A stretch of 64,000 nt of DNA from Batkoa obscura (taxonomy: Eukaryota): the NCBI GenBank assembly GCA_030770535.1, contig JASVEC010000002.1, forward strand, positions 1,302,001 to 1,366,000. The letters run 5' to 3'. The translations under genes were made by a program, and so were the position numbers. Positions 1-13,114 of the stretch are shown piece after piece. The notes under the pieces are model-generated. The model worked only from the letters and a program-made list of their open reading frames with translations. It did no database searches and was not told the origin of the DNA. How positions within the stretch are numbered: the first letter of the stretch is position 1; every line of letters starts with the position of its first letter.

Positions 1-54
1 GTTTATATAGGTTAAAATTAAATTAATTATTAAAACAAACTATATCTTTTTTAT

Positions 55-1365
55 TTAATTTGGAGGTTGATAAGGAGTGACCAACATTTCTGAAAATTCC
101 AATAATGCTTTTGGACCACGTACTTCATTTGTAAGTAATGGTAATGTAACAATATGAAAATCATCATAAAGTTCATAAATTTGTTCTAAATATTTTTGTT
201 GCATTTTATATCGAATTCGACATTGTTCACAGTTAGAATCTGGACCTGGGAATAATAATTGATTAACTACGATATTATGAGTATCAATTTCTTGAGCTGT
301 TAACTCTTGAATCATTCGTTCTGTTTCGTACAATGATAAAAATTCCGATATACATACACATACAAAGGTTGCTAAATCCTAATATCAAAGTTGAAATATG
401 TCCTTGTTTTATAGTATATAAAATACTTACTGGTGATTTTAATTGCTTACTAATACCTGAAATACTATCTTGAAGTCCTTTTAATTTATCAAAAAATTGA
501 TCTGGAGAAGCACCTTCTGGCATACTTGAAGACATCTAAATAAAAATAATAATTAATCTCCTTTTATACAATAAACTATAATTCCACTTACTGTACTAAG
601 ATAAGGACTCAATTGATTTTGAAACCCAGCTAGTTTTTCCAAAACTTTACTAATAGTGGTTGGTAACTGTAAAAATCTTAATGTATGTCCAGTTGGAGCA
701 GTATCAAATACTACACAAGAATAGTCTTTTGATTTGGTTAATTCAGCTATTTCACGTAAAGAAGCAGCTTCATCAATTCCTGGTAATGTTTTCAATACAT
801 CAGCTATAAAATCTCCAAAGATATTGCCATCACCTACAATTGATAATTAGTTACAATTTGATTGTTGAGTTTAAAATATAATAAGCTTACTATTTTTAAA
901 TAATTCTCGAGTCGTTGAAGTTGGATCAATTTCCTGTTGTTTTGTGTTTTTAATAAGTGCTTTAAATAAAATAGAATAAAACAAAGTTTTCTTACCATAG
1001 CATATAAATTATCGAAACCTTTGATTAGAGTAGGTTCTTTATTAATCTTTTGACTAAAAGCATCTGATAAATTATGAGCTGGATCGGTGGAGATCAATAA
1101 TACGCTTTTTCTAACTTTAGATAACTGAACAGCTAAAGAACAACTATAAAAAAAGCAATAAATAAATTAACTAGTCCTTTTCCTTGCTCTCTTTTATTTT
1201 AACTTGGAATCAAAATTCAACTTACCTAGTAGTCGTCTTTCCAACACCACCTTTTCCACCAACAAATACCCATTTTAAAGAAGTTTGTTCCAATATGTTA
1301 CGTAAGGAGCCTTCTAAAGGTTCAAATTCTCCTTCATGGTCACTTAAATCAGATAAGTCAGACAT
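55..1365 (-). CDS. GET3: Get3/ArsA-family ATPase (tail-anchored protein targeting), multi-exon
   Basis: Spliced ORF pieces carry [15 protein letters not shown] (deviant P-loop), [45 protein letters not shown] and CEQC. ATG at 1365; exons are separated by GT-AG introns. Confidence 0.95.
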
Positions 1366-1935
1366 GCTTGATTTTTTTCAAATTCAAAGTTAGTGAGCTG
1401 TTCAATATTTTTCTAAAACTATAAGTTGATGATTTTTTTAATGACCAATTAAATTATAATGTTGATTCACTAATTTTACTAAGGGTTTGGAGAGCTTTTA
1501 TGAAGCAAGAGTTTTGACAGTTGAGAGGTTTCAATTGTTGAAATATTAAATTTCAAATTTGTAGTTTTTTTTGATCAGAAATTTTAGTTTTTTTGTACTA
1601 ATTGATGAATTCAACAATACCAATTGTTTTTAAAATTTATAACTTAACAATTTATTCTAATATGAAAATTACAAACAATTGGAAAAAATAGCAGGAAAGC
1701 ATTATATATAAATTATTTATATAGAATCCTAATCCCCAAAAACATTTTCATTTTATTAATTTACCTATCTAATGTATCGCATACGACTAACTCATTCAAC
1801 CTTTACCCTTCACTACAAAAATTTATGGGATTCTTAATTATAAATAACCGCTGTTGATTGGTCCTAAAAACTTATTCAGAAAAATAGAACTGTAAATTTG
1901 GAATTTCGATTTTGGTAGCAATTTAAATTCTTAAC
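1366..1935. promoter_or_regulatory. Divergent (bidirectional) promoter region between GET3 and MPP10
   Basis: 570 bp between two head-to-head start codons; inferred from gene geometry only. Confidence 0.5.
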
Positions 1936-3685
1936 ATGCCACCAATACAAGGGTTAGCACAATTAATAACCACATTAACCTCAGAGCCTGAGAAGTATTT
2001 AACCTCAAATGATAAACTTTCAAAAGAAGCTTTAAACTTAACAAATCAATTATATACTCTAGGTAAATACTTTGAATATTAATTTCTTTCTCTAATCCAT
2101 TATTTATCCATAAAACTAACATTCAATTTTCCCATATATAGCCAAAGAACATGATTTAAGCTATGATTTAACTGAGGCTTCCAGAGAGTCTGATACCATC
2201 AACTATGGACTTGAAAAAATTGTATCTAAAGGTTTTGATCCTGATCAAATTTGGCAACAATTACAATTAAGAAATCAACCTTTTATTGAGCAACACGCAA
2301 TGCCATTGATTCAAAATTTATTAGGAGAAGTGGATGGGTCTGAAGAAGAGGAAGATAGTGAGGAGAACAGTGAAGAAGGGAGTGAGCTAACTGAAGAGAG
2401 CGAAGGAGAAGAGGTTTCAGATAGCATTGGAGAAGAAGAAGATATGGATATGGAGGATATAGAGGAAGAAGAAGGAATAGAGGAAGATTTGGATGAAGAA
2501 GACATGGAAGACGAGATTGAAGAAGAAGAAGAAGAAGAATCCAAAACCAATGAAGAAGAATATGAAAAAACAGAGGTAGATGATGAGTTTTTTTCGTTAA
2601 ATAAAATGCATAAATTAATCGAGGATGCTGAAGAAAAAGAAATGAATCAAGAAGAAGAAGAAGAGTCCGAAGACGATGAGGATGAAATTGATTATTTTCA
2701 AGATCCTGGAGAGTTGGATTCGGATGATGAAATAGCTGCTGAAGAAATGAAGTATTCCGATTTTTTTGAACAACCTAAAAATAGTAATAAAGAAACAAAG
2801 AAACGCAAAGTTAGATTCGCTGACTTGGAAAACGAAGAAGAAGAAGAAGAAGAAAACCAAAAAGGACCATTACAATTGCTTGAGGATGAGGATGAAGAAG
2901 AAGGTAATGAACTTAGTAAGTTTGAACAAAAGCAAGCAAAACTTTCCAAAGTCATTGAGGATTTAGAAAACGAAAATGTAGATGTTAAACCATGGACCTT
3001 AATGGGAGAAACTAGTGGTAAAAGTCGACCATTTAATTCATTATTAGAAGAAGAATTGGAATTTGATCATGCTTCTAAACCAGTACCAGTAATTACAGTT
3101 GAAGTCACTCAAAGTCTAGAAGATTTAATTAAACAAAGGGTTGCGGATAGTAAATTTGATAATGTAGAACCAGCAGCTAAAATCGTCAAAAAATTAAAGT
3201 ACTCAGAAGATTTTGAATTAGATATGGAGAAATCGAAAAAATCTTTAGCTCAAATTTATGAAGATGATTATGTGAATGCAACCCAAAAGAAAGACAAAGA
3301 AGAACTACCAGTTCATGTGGTTGAATCCCATCAAGAAATTGATCGTTTATTATCCTCCTTATTTACTAAATTAGATGCCTTGGCTAATTCTCATTATGTA
3401 CCTAAAATGCCCAAATTGGAGGTTCAAGTTATTAAAGATATACCAGCCATTGCTATTGAAGAAGCTATTCCAGTGGCAGTATCCAATGCTGCTCTCTTGG
3501 CTCCAGAAGAAGTGTTTGGTCAAGACACTCATGGGCAAGCTGGAGTGGTACAAAATAAGGAGGAGTTGTCTCAAGAAGAAAGAAAAAGAATTCGTAATAG
3601 AAAGAAAAGATTGGCTAAACTTCGATCCAAAAATCAACCTAAAGCAAATGAAGAAGATAGTAATGTGGTGGAAAGTAAATCTTAA
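1936..3685 (+). CDS. MPP10: U3 snoRNP protein Mpp10
   Basis: Exon 1936-2062, intron 2063-2141, then an open frame with FDPDQIWQQLQLRN, an acidic tract, KPWTLMGE..SRPFNSLLEEELEFD, KSKKSLAQIYE, LDALANSHYVPK and LLAPEEVF. The C-terminus may lack a further exon. Confidence 0.92.
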
Positions 3686-4336
3686 GAAGTGGGTTGAGCT
3701 CTTTTTAAATAGATAAGTTTTATGTACGAGGATTGGAGTTTTGAAATTTAATAGAATTTTATATTTGATTAGAATAGAACTTTTTTAATTTAATTTTATT
3801 TTCTTAAGTTTTAGTTTTTAGTTATTAGATAAACTTAGTTAATAGTAATATACACCTTATCAAATGTAATTAAATATCGAGATGGTTTATATACTATTAT
3901 GTAGTAATGAATTATAAATTATGCTATATATTTTATTACTGATATAAAAATAGTTTAACATTATTCTAACAAATTACTTTGGAACTAAATATAGGTTAAG
4001 AGACAAATGGAATAAATAGAATAATCAACTTAAAAGCTATAAATAGCCTGTATTTTAAAAAACTATTGTACAATACCTTCATCTTAACAAATTTCTTTTA
4101 ATAATTCAATATAGGTTAAAAAGGCCATCAGGTGAGTTTATTTCTATGAATGTTTAAAATAAAAAGAAATAAATAAAAAGAATAAATATCATATAAATAA
4201 CATAACATTTCCACAAGTAAAAACAAAAGCTCTAAGTAATAAGTTCATAGTAATCTTTTTCTAAGTTAGAAAAATACAGATAGATCTCAACTTCAGCTCA
4301 GACTCAAACTGAAGTCTTAACTAGAAACCAATATTT

Positions 4337-4433
4337 GGGGATGCATTTTTATGTAACAATTTTACTAACAATTTTTCTACCCAAATAACGCTTAAAGGAT
4401 AGAAAGAGTGATGAAGCTAAAAAAAATACCCCC
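4337..4433 (+). mobile_element. MITE family A copy
   Basis: GGGGATG...TACCCCC termini flanked by a direct ATTT/ATTT repeat; the interior matches the other copies. Confidence 0.8.
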
Positions 4434-6877
4434 ATTTTTATTCTATAATCCAACTATAGAAGCTTCTTTATACAATTTAAAAAGCCAAGTAATATTCATA
4501 GATTAAAATAATTACGGCCTAAAGGTCAAATTAAATACTTAGCTCTACTAAAGTAGATTCCATACCTTATTTTAACCAAACATTTCCAAAATTTCGAAAT
4601 AGTAAAATTGAAATCCACTTCTTTTGTGTATAAGAACATTTTGAATTTAGTATATTTTTTAAAAACTACAAGTTTTTGATTTTTGAAGATTAGATATTTA
4701 GAAAATCAATAAATTTAGAAGAATTTGTTCGTTTATTACATTGTTTCATAAATTTAATTTCTTTATTTCTCAAAGCTTAATACTTTGTTCTTTTATTAGT
4801 GTGCTTTATAGTTAATTCAATTTCTTGCTTAAAAAATAAAAGGGTTCTTGATTGCAACATCAAATGTTTTTTTATAAATGAAAACAAAAGATAATTTTAT
4901 GGAAGAATTAACTCATGTTGCAATCTGATACCTCAATTACTAATAATCCAAAAAAATTAGAGTCAGAAACTCATAATTTGATAGGAGTAATTAGTGCATT
5001 TTTTTAATAAGAAATAGAGGTGATTGTATTTTTAGCTTTTATTTTAGCAAGATGTAATATTATTGTAAATGTTCAAGCTGAAAAATCTAACGATTTTTAC
5101 AAAATTTAACAAATTACTTGTAAAATTATTTAATAAATGGTCATTATATGATATAAACATTTCAACAATTACTAGTTCTTTCAAAATTTCTAAAAATTCA
5201 TTTGGTCAAATTGATTGTATCTAAATTTGTTTAAGATGACTAATTCACTGCATGTCAATGTTGCAGCTCTTTTATGAAACAATTGGCGGTGATTTTTAAT
5301 GGCAGAATAGTATAGCTGATATTTTTATTAGATAATATATTATTTCAGCTGAATTTCAGCACAAAATCACTCTTAAATAACCCGTTAAGTATTTCGTAAA
5401 AGAATTGTAATAAATATACAATTTATGAACTCCAAATTGCTACAAATATAAACCATGGTATTTAATATCTAAGATCATCTCAATGAAATTTATAACTTCT
5501 GATTAAAACCAAACGATCAACAGAAAATTCGAAAACCACCTATATGGATGTTTGAAACTAAGATTAAAGCTTCATGTCTTTATTTTGAAAATGAAACCGT
5601 TCGAAAATAGTACAAAATAGAAATGATTGAAACATTGTGTACAATTAATAAGAAATTTTCAAAATATTCTAAATTAGAATAAATATAATATTCTATACAA
5701 TATTGTTAATGAACGCTACTTAATATCTATCGTTTTATGATGATAGGTAGTGTATTTTATATCAAAACTGTCAAACTGGTCTATATAAATGAACTAAAGC
5801 TTATATTAATACCAAGCTTCAGGTCTGATGTTTCTTAAATTTAAATAAATTATATAATAGCAAGTGTAACAGCTAAACAAAGGTTTCTATTTAACTATTT
5901 GTCATTTAAATATAAGTTTCTATTCAGAATATTAACTATATCATATCATTAAATCGAATAAAAAGTATTGTATGGGGTGTAAGTAGGCATTGTTAAAATG
6001 ATTATATACATATATTTTATTTTATCTCGTTATGTAATTTCTTGTAAAAGTAAGGGGAGAAGATAATTTTTAAATGATAGAAAGTTTACGCATTTTTAAC
6101 AAAAAAAAACTTGAAAGAGGAATAGAGGCCTCTAAGTGTAACTTTACGCTTTCTTATAAATGTAATTTAACTTTAAATATATTAATCTGTATAATTAAGT
6201 ACTCAAATGATTTATAACTTGATTAATATAATAAAATATACTTTGAAAACTTGAAAATTTTTTCACTTGATCTCAATCTTTTAACCGAGTTTATAAGTTT
6301 ATTAACCATTATTATATGCTGTTATATATTCTACATAATAAATAAATATTAATTTATCCACAGCGATCCGTTTCTAGTTTCTAAGCGTATTTATTATACA
6401 ATACAATAATTGATTATACAAATACATTGCTAACTTCTAAATACAAACTAAAAAGTACGGTTTATTAGTAATCGAATCTGTTTAGTGATAAATAAATGTT
6501 CTACCAAACTTTAATTGTGATTTTAATACCCTTTGATAACTTTGATTTATTGAGTAACAGCTGTTTCCTTTTTTCTATTTAGAATTGCTTTAATACTTCA
6601 GATTTGCTAACTGAGATTCAATAACCCCATAATCAATTACAATTTAACAGTAGGTACGAATGAATGTTTCTTAATTTATAATTTGTAGGCCAATTAAAAA
6701 GTTGTGTCAAAAGTGTATAAAATGAAGACAAAATAACTTAATCACATTTAAAAAATTTCAAAATTTTAATTAATTTCAATTAACGATTATTTTCATCAAA
6801 TTTATTAAAACGCATTTTTCTCCACATCAACGATCTTGATTAATTTATATGAACTTTAGTTTATTTATTATATTTCA

Positions 6878-7897
6878 ATGTCAATCACTCAATTTTTAGA
6901 ATCCAAAAGATTAGTAGCTTACAATGAAACATACTTCAACTACTCACTAATAGATGAAGCCTTAAACAATTTATATACTATTGAAAGAGAGAAAGCATAT
7001 GGTTTTAACTTTACAATAAAACATCCAAGCGAAACTGGGGACAAATATGAAGTTATACCAGCTATTTCAAATCAATCGTTTAAAGATGAGTATCAAAGTT
7101 TTCTTAACTTATTACAATGTGAATTAAATAGAGTCGATAGTTGTCTACAGTATTTAATTGATCGAATTAAAGTAGATTTAAACAATTTAAAACAAGAATA
7201 TGTAACTACTAACTCTTCTTACTATTTTACTTTCAATCAGTTTTGGACTGCAACTGTTAATAACTGGTTTGGAGAAGAAGAGAGTAGGTTCGATGAATCT
7301 AAAGGAACTATTAAACAAAAGATAAAATCAATTGAAAAACAATTGAGAATTATTAAAGATGACTTGATACCACTTAATAAGTTTGCACTTTCCAAAATAC
7401 TTAAAAAGAAAGCCAATTTAGTTGAAAAGTCCCATTATAGTCATCTTTTACTTGAAGTAGAAACTGGCATTGAGCTGGAGCCTCCTGTATCTCTTTTTCC
7501 TATCATGGGTAAAAATAATCGCTGGAATTTCAGCTCTGACTCCATTGAGTGTGATCACAAAATTGGCTGCTTTAAATCATTCCCAAATTGTCAAATACAA
7601 AAACCTTCTCTAAACGAGCTTTTAAACAAAAATCGTAACTTTTTATCCAAAAGTATACAAAATCCGACTCAAGATCTTTTTCATTCAAGTCCTTTATCTT
7701 TAGGAAGTAGTAGCAGTTCCTTCTCAGATTCTTCAATATCGTCTACCTTCAGTAACGATGATATTGTAAGAAATAGTAGCTTTTGGCATTTTTTACCAAA
7801 ACAAGTTGGCATGTTGCTACTTGAAATTAAAACGATCAAAAAATCGTTTTGTTGTACAGAAACTAGAAATCGTTTAATAAGAGACGTACCCTACTAA
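6878..7897 (+). CDS. Divergent SPX-domain-like protein
   Basis: 339-aa ORF with SPX-like blocks YFNYSLI, FLNLLQCELNRVDS and LNKFALSKILKKK, plus a Ser-rich C-terminal region. Confidence 0.6.
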   Translation: MSITQFLESKRLVAYNETYFNYSLIDEALNNLYTIEREKAYGFNFTIKHPSETGDKYEVIPAISNQSFKDEYQSFLNLLQCELNRVDSCLQYLIDRIKVDLNNLKQEYVTTNSSYYFTFNQFWTATVNNWFGEEESRFDESKGTIKQKIKSIEKQLRIIKDDLIPLNKFALSKILKKKANLVEKSHYSHLLLEVETGIELEPPVSLFPIMGKNNRWNFSSDSIECDHKIGCFKSFPNCQIQKPSLNELLNKNRNFLSKSIQNPTQDLFHSSPLSLGSSSSSFSDSSISSTFSNDDIVRNSSFWHFLPKQVGMLLLEIKTIKKSFCCTETRNRLIRDVPY

Positions 7898-9273
7898 CCA
7901 CCTTTATTATCTATCTATCTAATAAACTATTTAAATCTTATGATTACTTATTCTTTTAAATCTAGAACTTTTCAAACTGCATTATGTTTTTTTAGTATGA
8001 TTCATTTTGCTTTTATAATTTTAAAACTTGTCTGAGGTTATAATGTGTATAAAATAAAAGTGGGATAATGATTACAAGTAGTGTATAATCTTAAAATATT
8101 ATAAACGTACACTGAAGTTGTAACTTGACATATCTATTTCTATAAGAATATTTATTCACTATACAAATAATTTCACAATCGCTTTAATATCTATGGAATA
8201 TCTAACAAAGCTGATTTAAGTATAAAAATAACAATCTTTCAAGCAATAAAATAAGTGGCTTTTCTAAAGTGAAATTTTAATTGCCCATTTACATTGCCCC
8301 CAAAAAAGCACCTTTTAAATTTAAGGATATGGAGATGTCTTTTACTTAGTAAAACCACCTTGAAGTCGAATATATTTTGTTGTTTATAATTTGTGGCAAA
8401 TTTTATTTAGTATGAGTTTAATAATATAAAAAATGACTGTGAGTTAGAAACAACAAAAGAGATCTAACTGCAAATTCCTTCTATTTTATTGATAATTTTT
8501 TAATAAGTATGTCACATAAAAACTGGATGAATAAATGAATTAAAAACCATTACATGTTTCAGAAGCGTTCTTGAGATCAGGGGCTATCTACCCAAGTTTA
8601 TGTTCTTCAAATCCTTTAAAGGCTTAATGTTATTTTACTTTATTCCTTTCCTTCTAGAGGAGGGTTCTTGTGATTTATAAGTTCTGTAGGAATTGTCTTG
8701 TTTCTATTTTTTGTCCGTTTTTTTACATAAACCTATATAAATTACTATAAAATTAATGCATTATGTTTTTTAGAATCATGTAGTAAAATTGAAAATAAAG
8801 TTACTTTTAGTGCAAAAAAACTGTTAGAACATAATAGCTTATTTGGCCAAGTAACTTTTATTTCGAATCCTATTTAAACTATTTTCAAAGCTAAACCAAT
8901 CGTGATTTTATTTAAAATTTTTAAGCATTTTACCGTTATTCTAATAGTCAAAATAATTATTTCGAAATAGTATATTTTTAAATAGTGCTTTAGGGCATAT
9001 TTTGAAAAACCTTTTATTAAATAATGATTTTATCAAATTAGAAGGCTGAATCACAATTCTTTTACAAGGACAAACCTAATCAGATACTAGCTGCAATAGA
9101 GTTGATTTTTACTTATCAAAAATTATTTAACAATGAAGAAACCTTAATATTACAATTATGTACTTTTACTGATTCTTCACCAAAAAATTATGATCCTTTT
9201 TAAACTTTGACTTGATAGATACCGTATGAAATATTTTTATTAATTACCCACTTTGACTACTTTTTAAAATTTA

Positions 9274-9439
9274 AAATTAACTAATGCAGCCCTTTAGGCT
9301 CGACCAACTCTGTGTTGATTAGCTGCTCATTTTATAATAAAATTCAAAACATTAAGCTGCTAATCAATATAATATTATAATTAAAAATTTCTACTAGTCA
9401 GCGCATAATCGAGTTTAAAGAGCTTGTATTAGTTAATTT
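9274..9439. repeat. Degenerate inverted repeat / old fold-back element
   Basis: AAATTAACTAATGCAGCCCTTTAGGCTCGA at the left pairs imperfectly with TCGAGTTTAAAGAGCTTGTATTAGTTAATTT at the right. Confidence 0.5.
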
Positions 9440-10672
9440 CTTAATTCTGAAAAGTAACAAAAAGGCTAATTCATAAAAGACATTCCCATATTTTTCTAGT
9501 TATAGCCTCCTCCCATCTATTATACCATTAAGCTTTTTAGCTCATGTTTCAAACAATTCCAATCAAAAAATCCAACTCCGTTTTTATTAACTCTCATAAA
9601 CTTTATCAGTTGGAATAAAACCAATCTCTCCTCTATTAGTGCAATTTTTTATCAAAATTAATTCCGTTTTTTTGGATCGGAATCTTGACCAAAAAAACGC
9701 AGACTATAATCAGAAAAGTGCGAAAACTTTTATAAATTTTATCATTTTTAAAAAGTGTTTAATACAAGCTATATATTAAAAAAAGTTTGTTTATTTTTTT
9801 TGATTTGAAAATCTTATACTAATTTTTTTTGAATCCTTACTTTTTAAATTTTAACACCAACATTACTATTAGGAAGATAGTTAGCAACTTGAAAGTTAAT
9901 AATAGAGTTTATATCTAATTTATAATATATGTGAAAGCTACATAAATTTTGAGGATGTCTTTGAATTATGAATTTTTCCTTTAAAATTTTGGTTTATCTT
10001 ATAACATTTTCTATTTGTAACATATTAAGCAGTGAAAAGTATTTTTAGTCACTATTATAAAAACTTGGTTAATGTAAAATTAAATACACTAAATTTGTAT
10101 GTAAAGTTTAGAGTTTAGAATAGTTTAATTCCTTTTTCATAGTAATATATATATATTATTGAATAAAATACGCCATTCAAAACATTGAATTTAATTAAAA
10201 AGGTAGCACAATAAAGTCCTAATTAAATATTAATTTAAAAATAATAGTGTATGTATTCGGATTTTATATAAAGTTGTTAAGTTCAATTACGGAAAAACCA
10301 ACTAGTTATTTATGTATAAATTTTAGTCACAAACTCCACTAAAGCCTAAAGATAGGCTTTAAAAAAGCAAGTAAACAAATAATAGCCGAAATTTTTTAGA
10401 AGAAATTACATGTTTGAATTTCAATAACTGTGTTAAATAATCCATTAAACAAAGTAGGGTAGGAAGATAAACTCAAACATTAAATTCACTTAAAAATCAT
10501 CAATTTTGTAACGAATAAATAAATTTACAAATCGAAATTCAATCAACTAAAAAATTAACGAAGAATTAACCGAATCAATAAAGATAACTAAACAATATAT
10601 TTTTTAATAGCAAACTATTTAAATAGAATAAAGTGAGTTTATCTCTTCATTTTATTTTTTTATTGATTCAAC

Positions 10673-11326
10673 ATGAAATTTTCATCATTATTATTTCTTG
10701 GGATAACGAGCATAGTATGTCAAGATAATCGTAGCCAAGCCGAATACAATTGTAAAAATGCATGTTCTGTATTGCAAGAGCCAGGTATAGTAGGCCAATG
10801 TGTAGTACAATGTATGCAAATATTTAACTTTAATAATCCAAGCCCACCAAGTGAGTTCCCAGCTCCTGATAACCAAAATCAAAGAGGATTTCCATTCCCT
10901 ACTCCTACAGATAATCGTCCTGTAGAAGTAACCACTACGACTATTGCTGTAGATGCTTCTCAAATTCAATCTACTTCTCAAAATCCTCCATCACATCCTC
11001 CACCATCTTCTCAACCTTCTATTGCGATCACTACCATCACTGATAAAACTAATAACTCAGCTACAAATCAAGGGGATAATAAGTACCCTACTATCAATCC
11101 TTCAGGTACAACGAATAACAATAACAATAATAATAATAATAGTAACAATAATAGCAATAATATAAGTACATCACAAACCAGCATCAGAGGATCTTCAACT
11201 AAGAAATCATCAACCGTGCCAACCACTATTTATTCTTTCTCGCATACTAAAACTAGTTCAAGTATAATTTCAAAAGTGCCAACAGTAGCTTTATTAGCTT
11301 TACTGTTATCAGCGATTACTTATTAG
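10673..11326 (+). CDS. Secreted, probably GPI-anchored Ser/Thr/Pro/Asn-rich cell-surface protein with N-terminal CX3C-Xn-CX3C
   Basis: Signal peptide MKFSSLLFLGITSIVC, CKNAC...CVVQC, low-complexity stalk and hydrophobic C-terminus VPTVALLALLLSAITY. Confidence 0.8.
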   Translation: MKFSSLLFLGITSIVCQDNRSQAEYNCKNACSVLQEPGIVGQCVVQCMQIFNFNNPSPPSEFPAPDNQNQRGFPFPTPTDNRPVEVTTTTIAVDASQIQSTSQNPPSHPPPSSQPSIAITTITDKTNNSATNQGDNKYPTINPSGTTNNNNNNNNNSNNNSNNISTSQTSIRGSSTKKSSTVPTTIYSFSHTKTSSSIISKVPTVALLALLLSAITY

Positions 11327-12409
11327 ATTTATTTAACACTCTTTTTTATACTATCATCAGCGCATTAATAAATATTAATTTATAATTTTTAAATATTTGT
11401 ATTGATTTTTTATGATTTCTATTAAGTGAATATAGATGTTTAATAATTATTTTAGTTTTTCTAAATTTGATGTAAAAAAAATAATAGCAGTTAATTCTGG
11501 TTTAATAGGACAATAGGGTATTATTTTATAAATTGGTTTAATATTATGAGAAGCAATGGAAAAGCTATAGTCTAAAATTTATAATTTTAAAAGGAATATA
11601 AAGTTAAGTTGAGGAATATGAAAAATTCCAGCGCTGAATCCAATCTTTGCTATTATGTGATATGATAAATGGCTCTCTATACCATTCATAAATTTTGTTA
11701 ATAATTTTTTTTAAAAAATTTTACCTATACTTTAAAAGTAGAATATCTTATTTATATTAAGCAGATCGTAGAATACGGAATACTACTTTAATAGATACTC
11801 AAAATAGATATTTTCATATAATTTTTAAAGTGTTTTTATTAAAAGTATTAGGTATGTAATTTTTGTTTCGGTATTTAGTTATCTACTTTTCAGATTTCCG
11901 TTAAATAAAAGTGGACAAATAGTAGAAGCCAAAAAAACATTCCTGTATTATGATCAATTTTTACAGACTCAACTTAAATGAAAAATCTGGTTCAGTCTAT
12001 TTTTCTATTACTATGGCCAATAATAGAGTAAAGATAAAAATAACATAACAGCAAAAAAGCTAATAATTAAAAACAGCTGGACCAATAACAAAGATTAACC
12101 AAATCAAGCCAAATTTGGGATTGTTTATTTATCGGTTACAGTAAAAATTCCAAAAAACTAGAAAATTATCAACAAATAACTGTAATGTTTATAAAAATTA
12201 AGTTTTAATGTGAAAACAAACTTAAAGTAACATAATTTTCTAGCTAAAGTAAGAAACAACGGAAAATACAGCTGATAGACTTAACGAAATTAGAATCAAA
12301 TTGAAAGTTTTCGGAATATAAAAAGAAGCTTAAATCCTACCTTTTAAATTATAAATTAATATTAAATAAGCTAAATTATTACTTACACTTCTACATTATA
12401 AATTAAAAA

Positions 12410-12955
12410 ATGCAATTCACTACCGTTTTTGTTAGCACTTTATTCACCACCTTAGTATTCGCCCAAGATCCATCTTCACAATGTATGACTGTTTGTAAAG
12501 AATTAGGAGCTAGTAGTCAAAGTGATATGAGAGATTGTACTTTTGAGTGTTTACAAATTGTCAACCAAAATTCTAGCCCAAATCAAAACCAAAATAATCG
12601 TATTTCAAATCAAATGAACAGCATGTCTTCAAGTGCTTCTTCAACTGATGGTCCAACTCCAGTTGATAAATCCATGTCTTCTTCCATAGTGTCTTCTGTC
12701 TCTTCATCTGTTTCTTCAGGCATGAATGCTAGCGCTAAAGTTTCTTCTTCTGTTAAAGCTGTTAGTTCTTCCGCTGCTTCATCTGCATCTTCTGCTGTTT
12801 CTTCTGCTGCCTCTGCTGCCTCTTCCGCTGCTTCATCTAAAGCTTCCAGCTCTGTATCTAAAAAGAAAGCAAGTGATGACTCATCAGATGCCAAATCTGT
12901 TGCTCCAGTGTTTTTCGTGGCTGCTGCCGCTTATGCAGGTTCATTGTTATTCTAA
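12410..12955 (+). CDS. Secreted, probably GPI-anchored Ser/Ala-rich cell-surface protein with N-terminal CX3C-Xn-CX3C
   Basis: Signal peptide MQFTTVFVSTLFTTLVFA, CMTVC...CTFEC, Ser/Ala stalk and hydrophobic C-terminus. Confidence 0.8.
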   Translation: MQFTTVFVSTLFTTLVFAQDPSSQCMTVCKELGASSQSDMRDCTFECLQIVNQNSSPNQNQNNRISNQMNSMSSSASSTDGPTPVDKSMSSSIVSSVSSSVSSGMNASAKVSSSVKAVSSSAASSASSAVSSAASAASSAASSKASSSVSKKKASDDSSDAKSVAPVFFVAAAAYAGSLLF

Positions 12956-13114
12956 GTTTAGATTTTCAAAAGACGTTTTAGAATTTTTTACACCGGCATT
13001 TTTAACATAACATCTAACATTAAATAAAGCATTTATTTTAATTTTAAATTATAGCTTTTATAATAATCAATTTTAATAAAAAAAAATTGCAAATAATATC
13101 ACAATGTATTTTAT

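Noticed and set aside
2311..3716. Overlapping poly-Ser/Phe/Lys ORFs in other frames of MPP10
   Set aside because: Shadows of the GAA-rich acidic coding sequence.
8791..8864. ~15-bp inverted repeat (also a 12-bp one near 18601-18645)
   Set aside because: Short and AT-rich; plausible by chance at this base composition.
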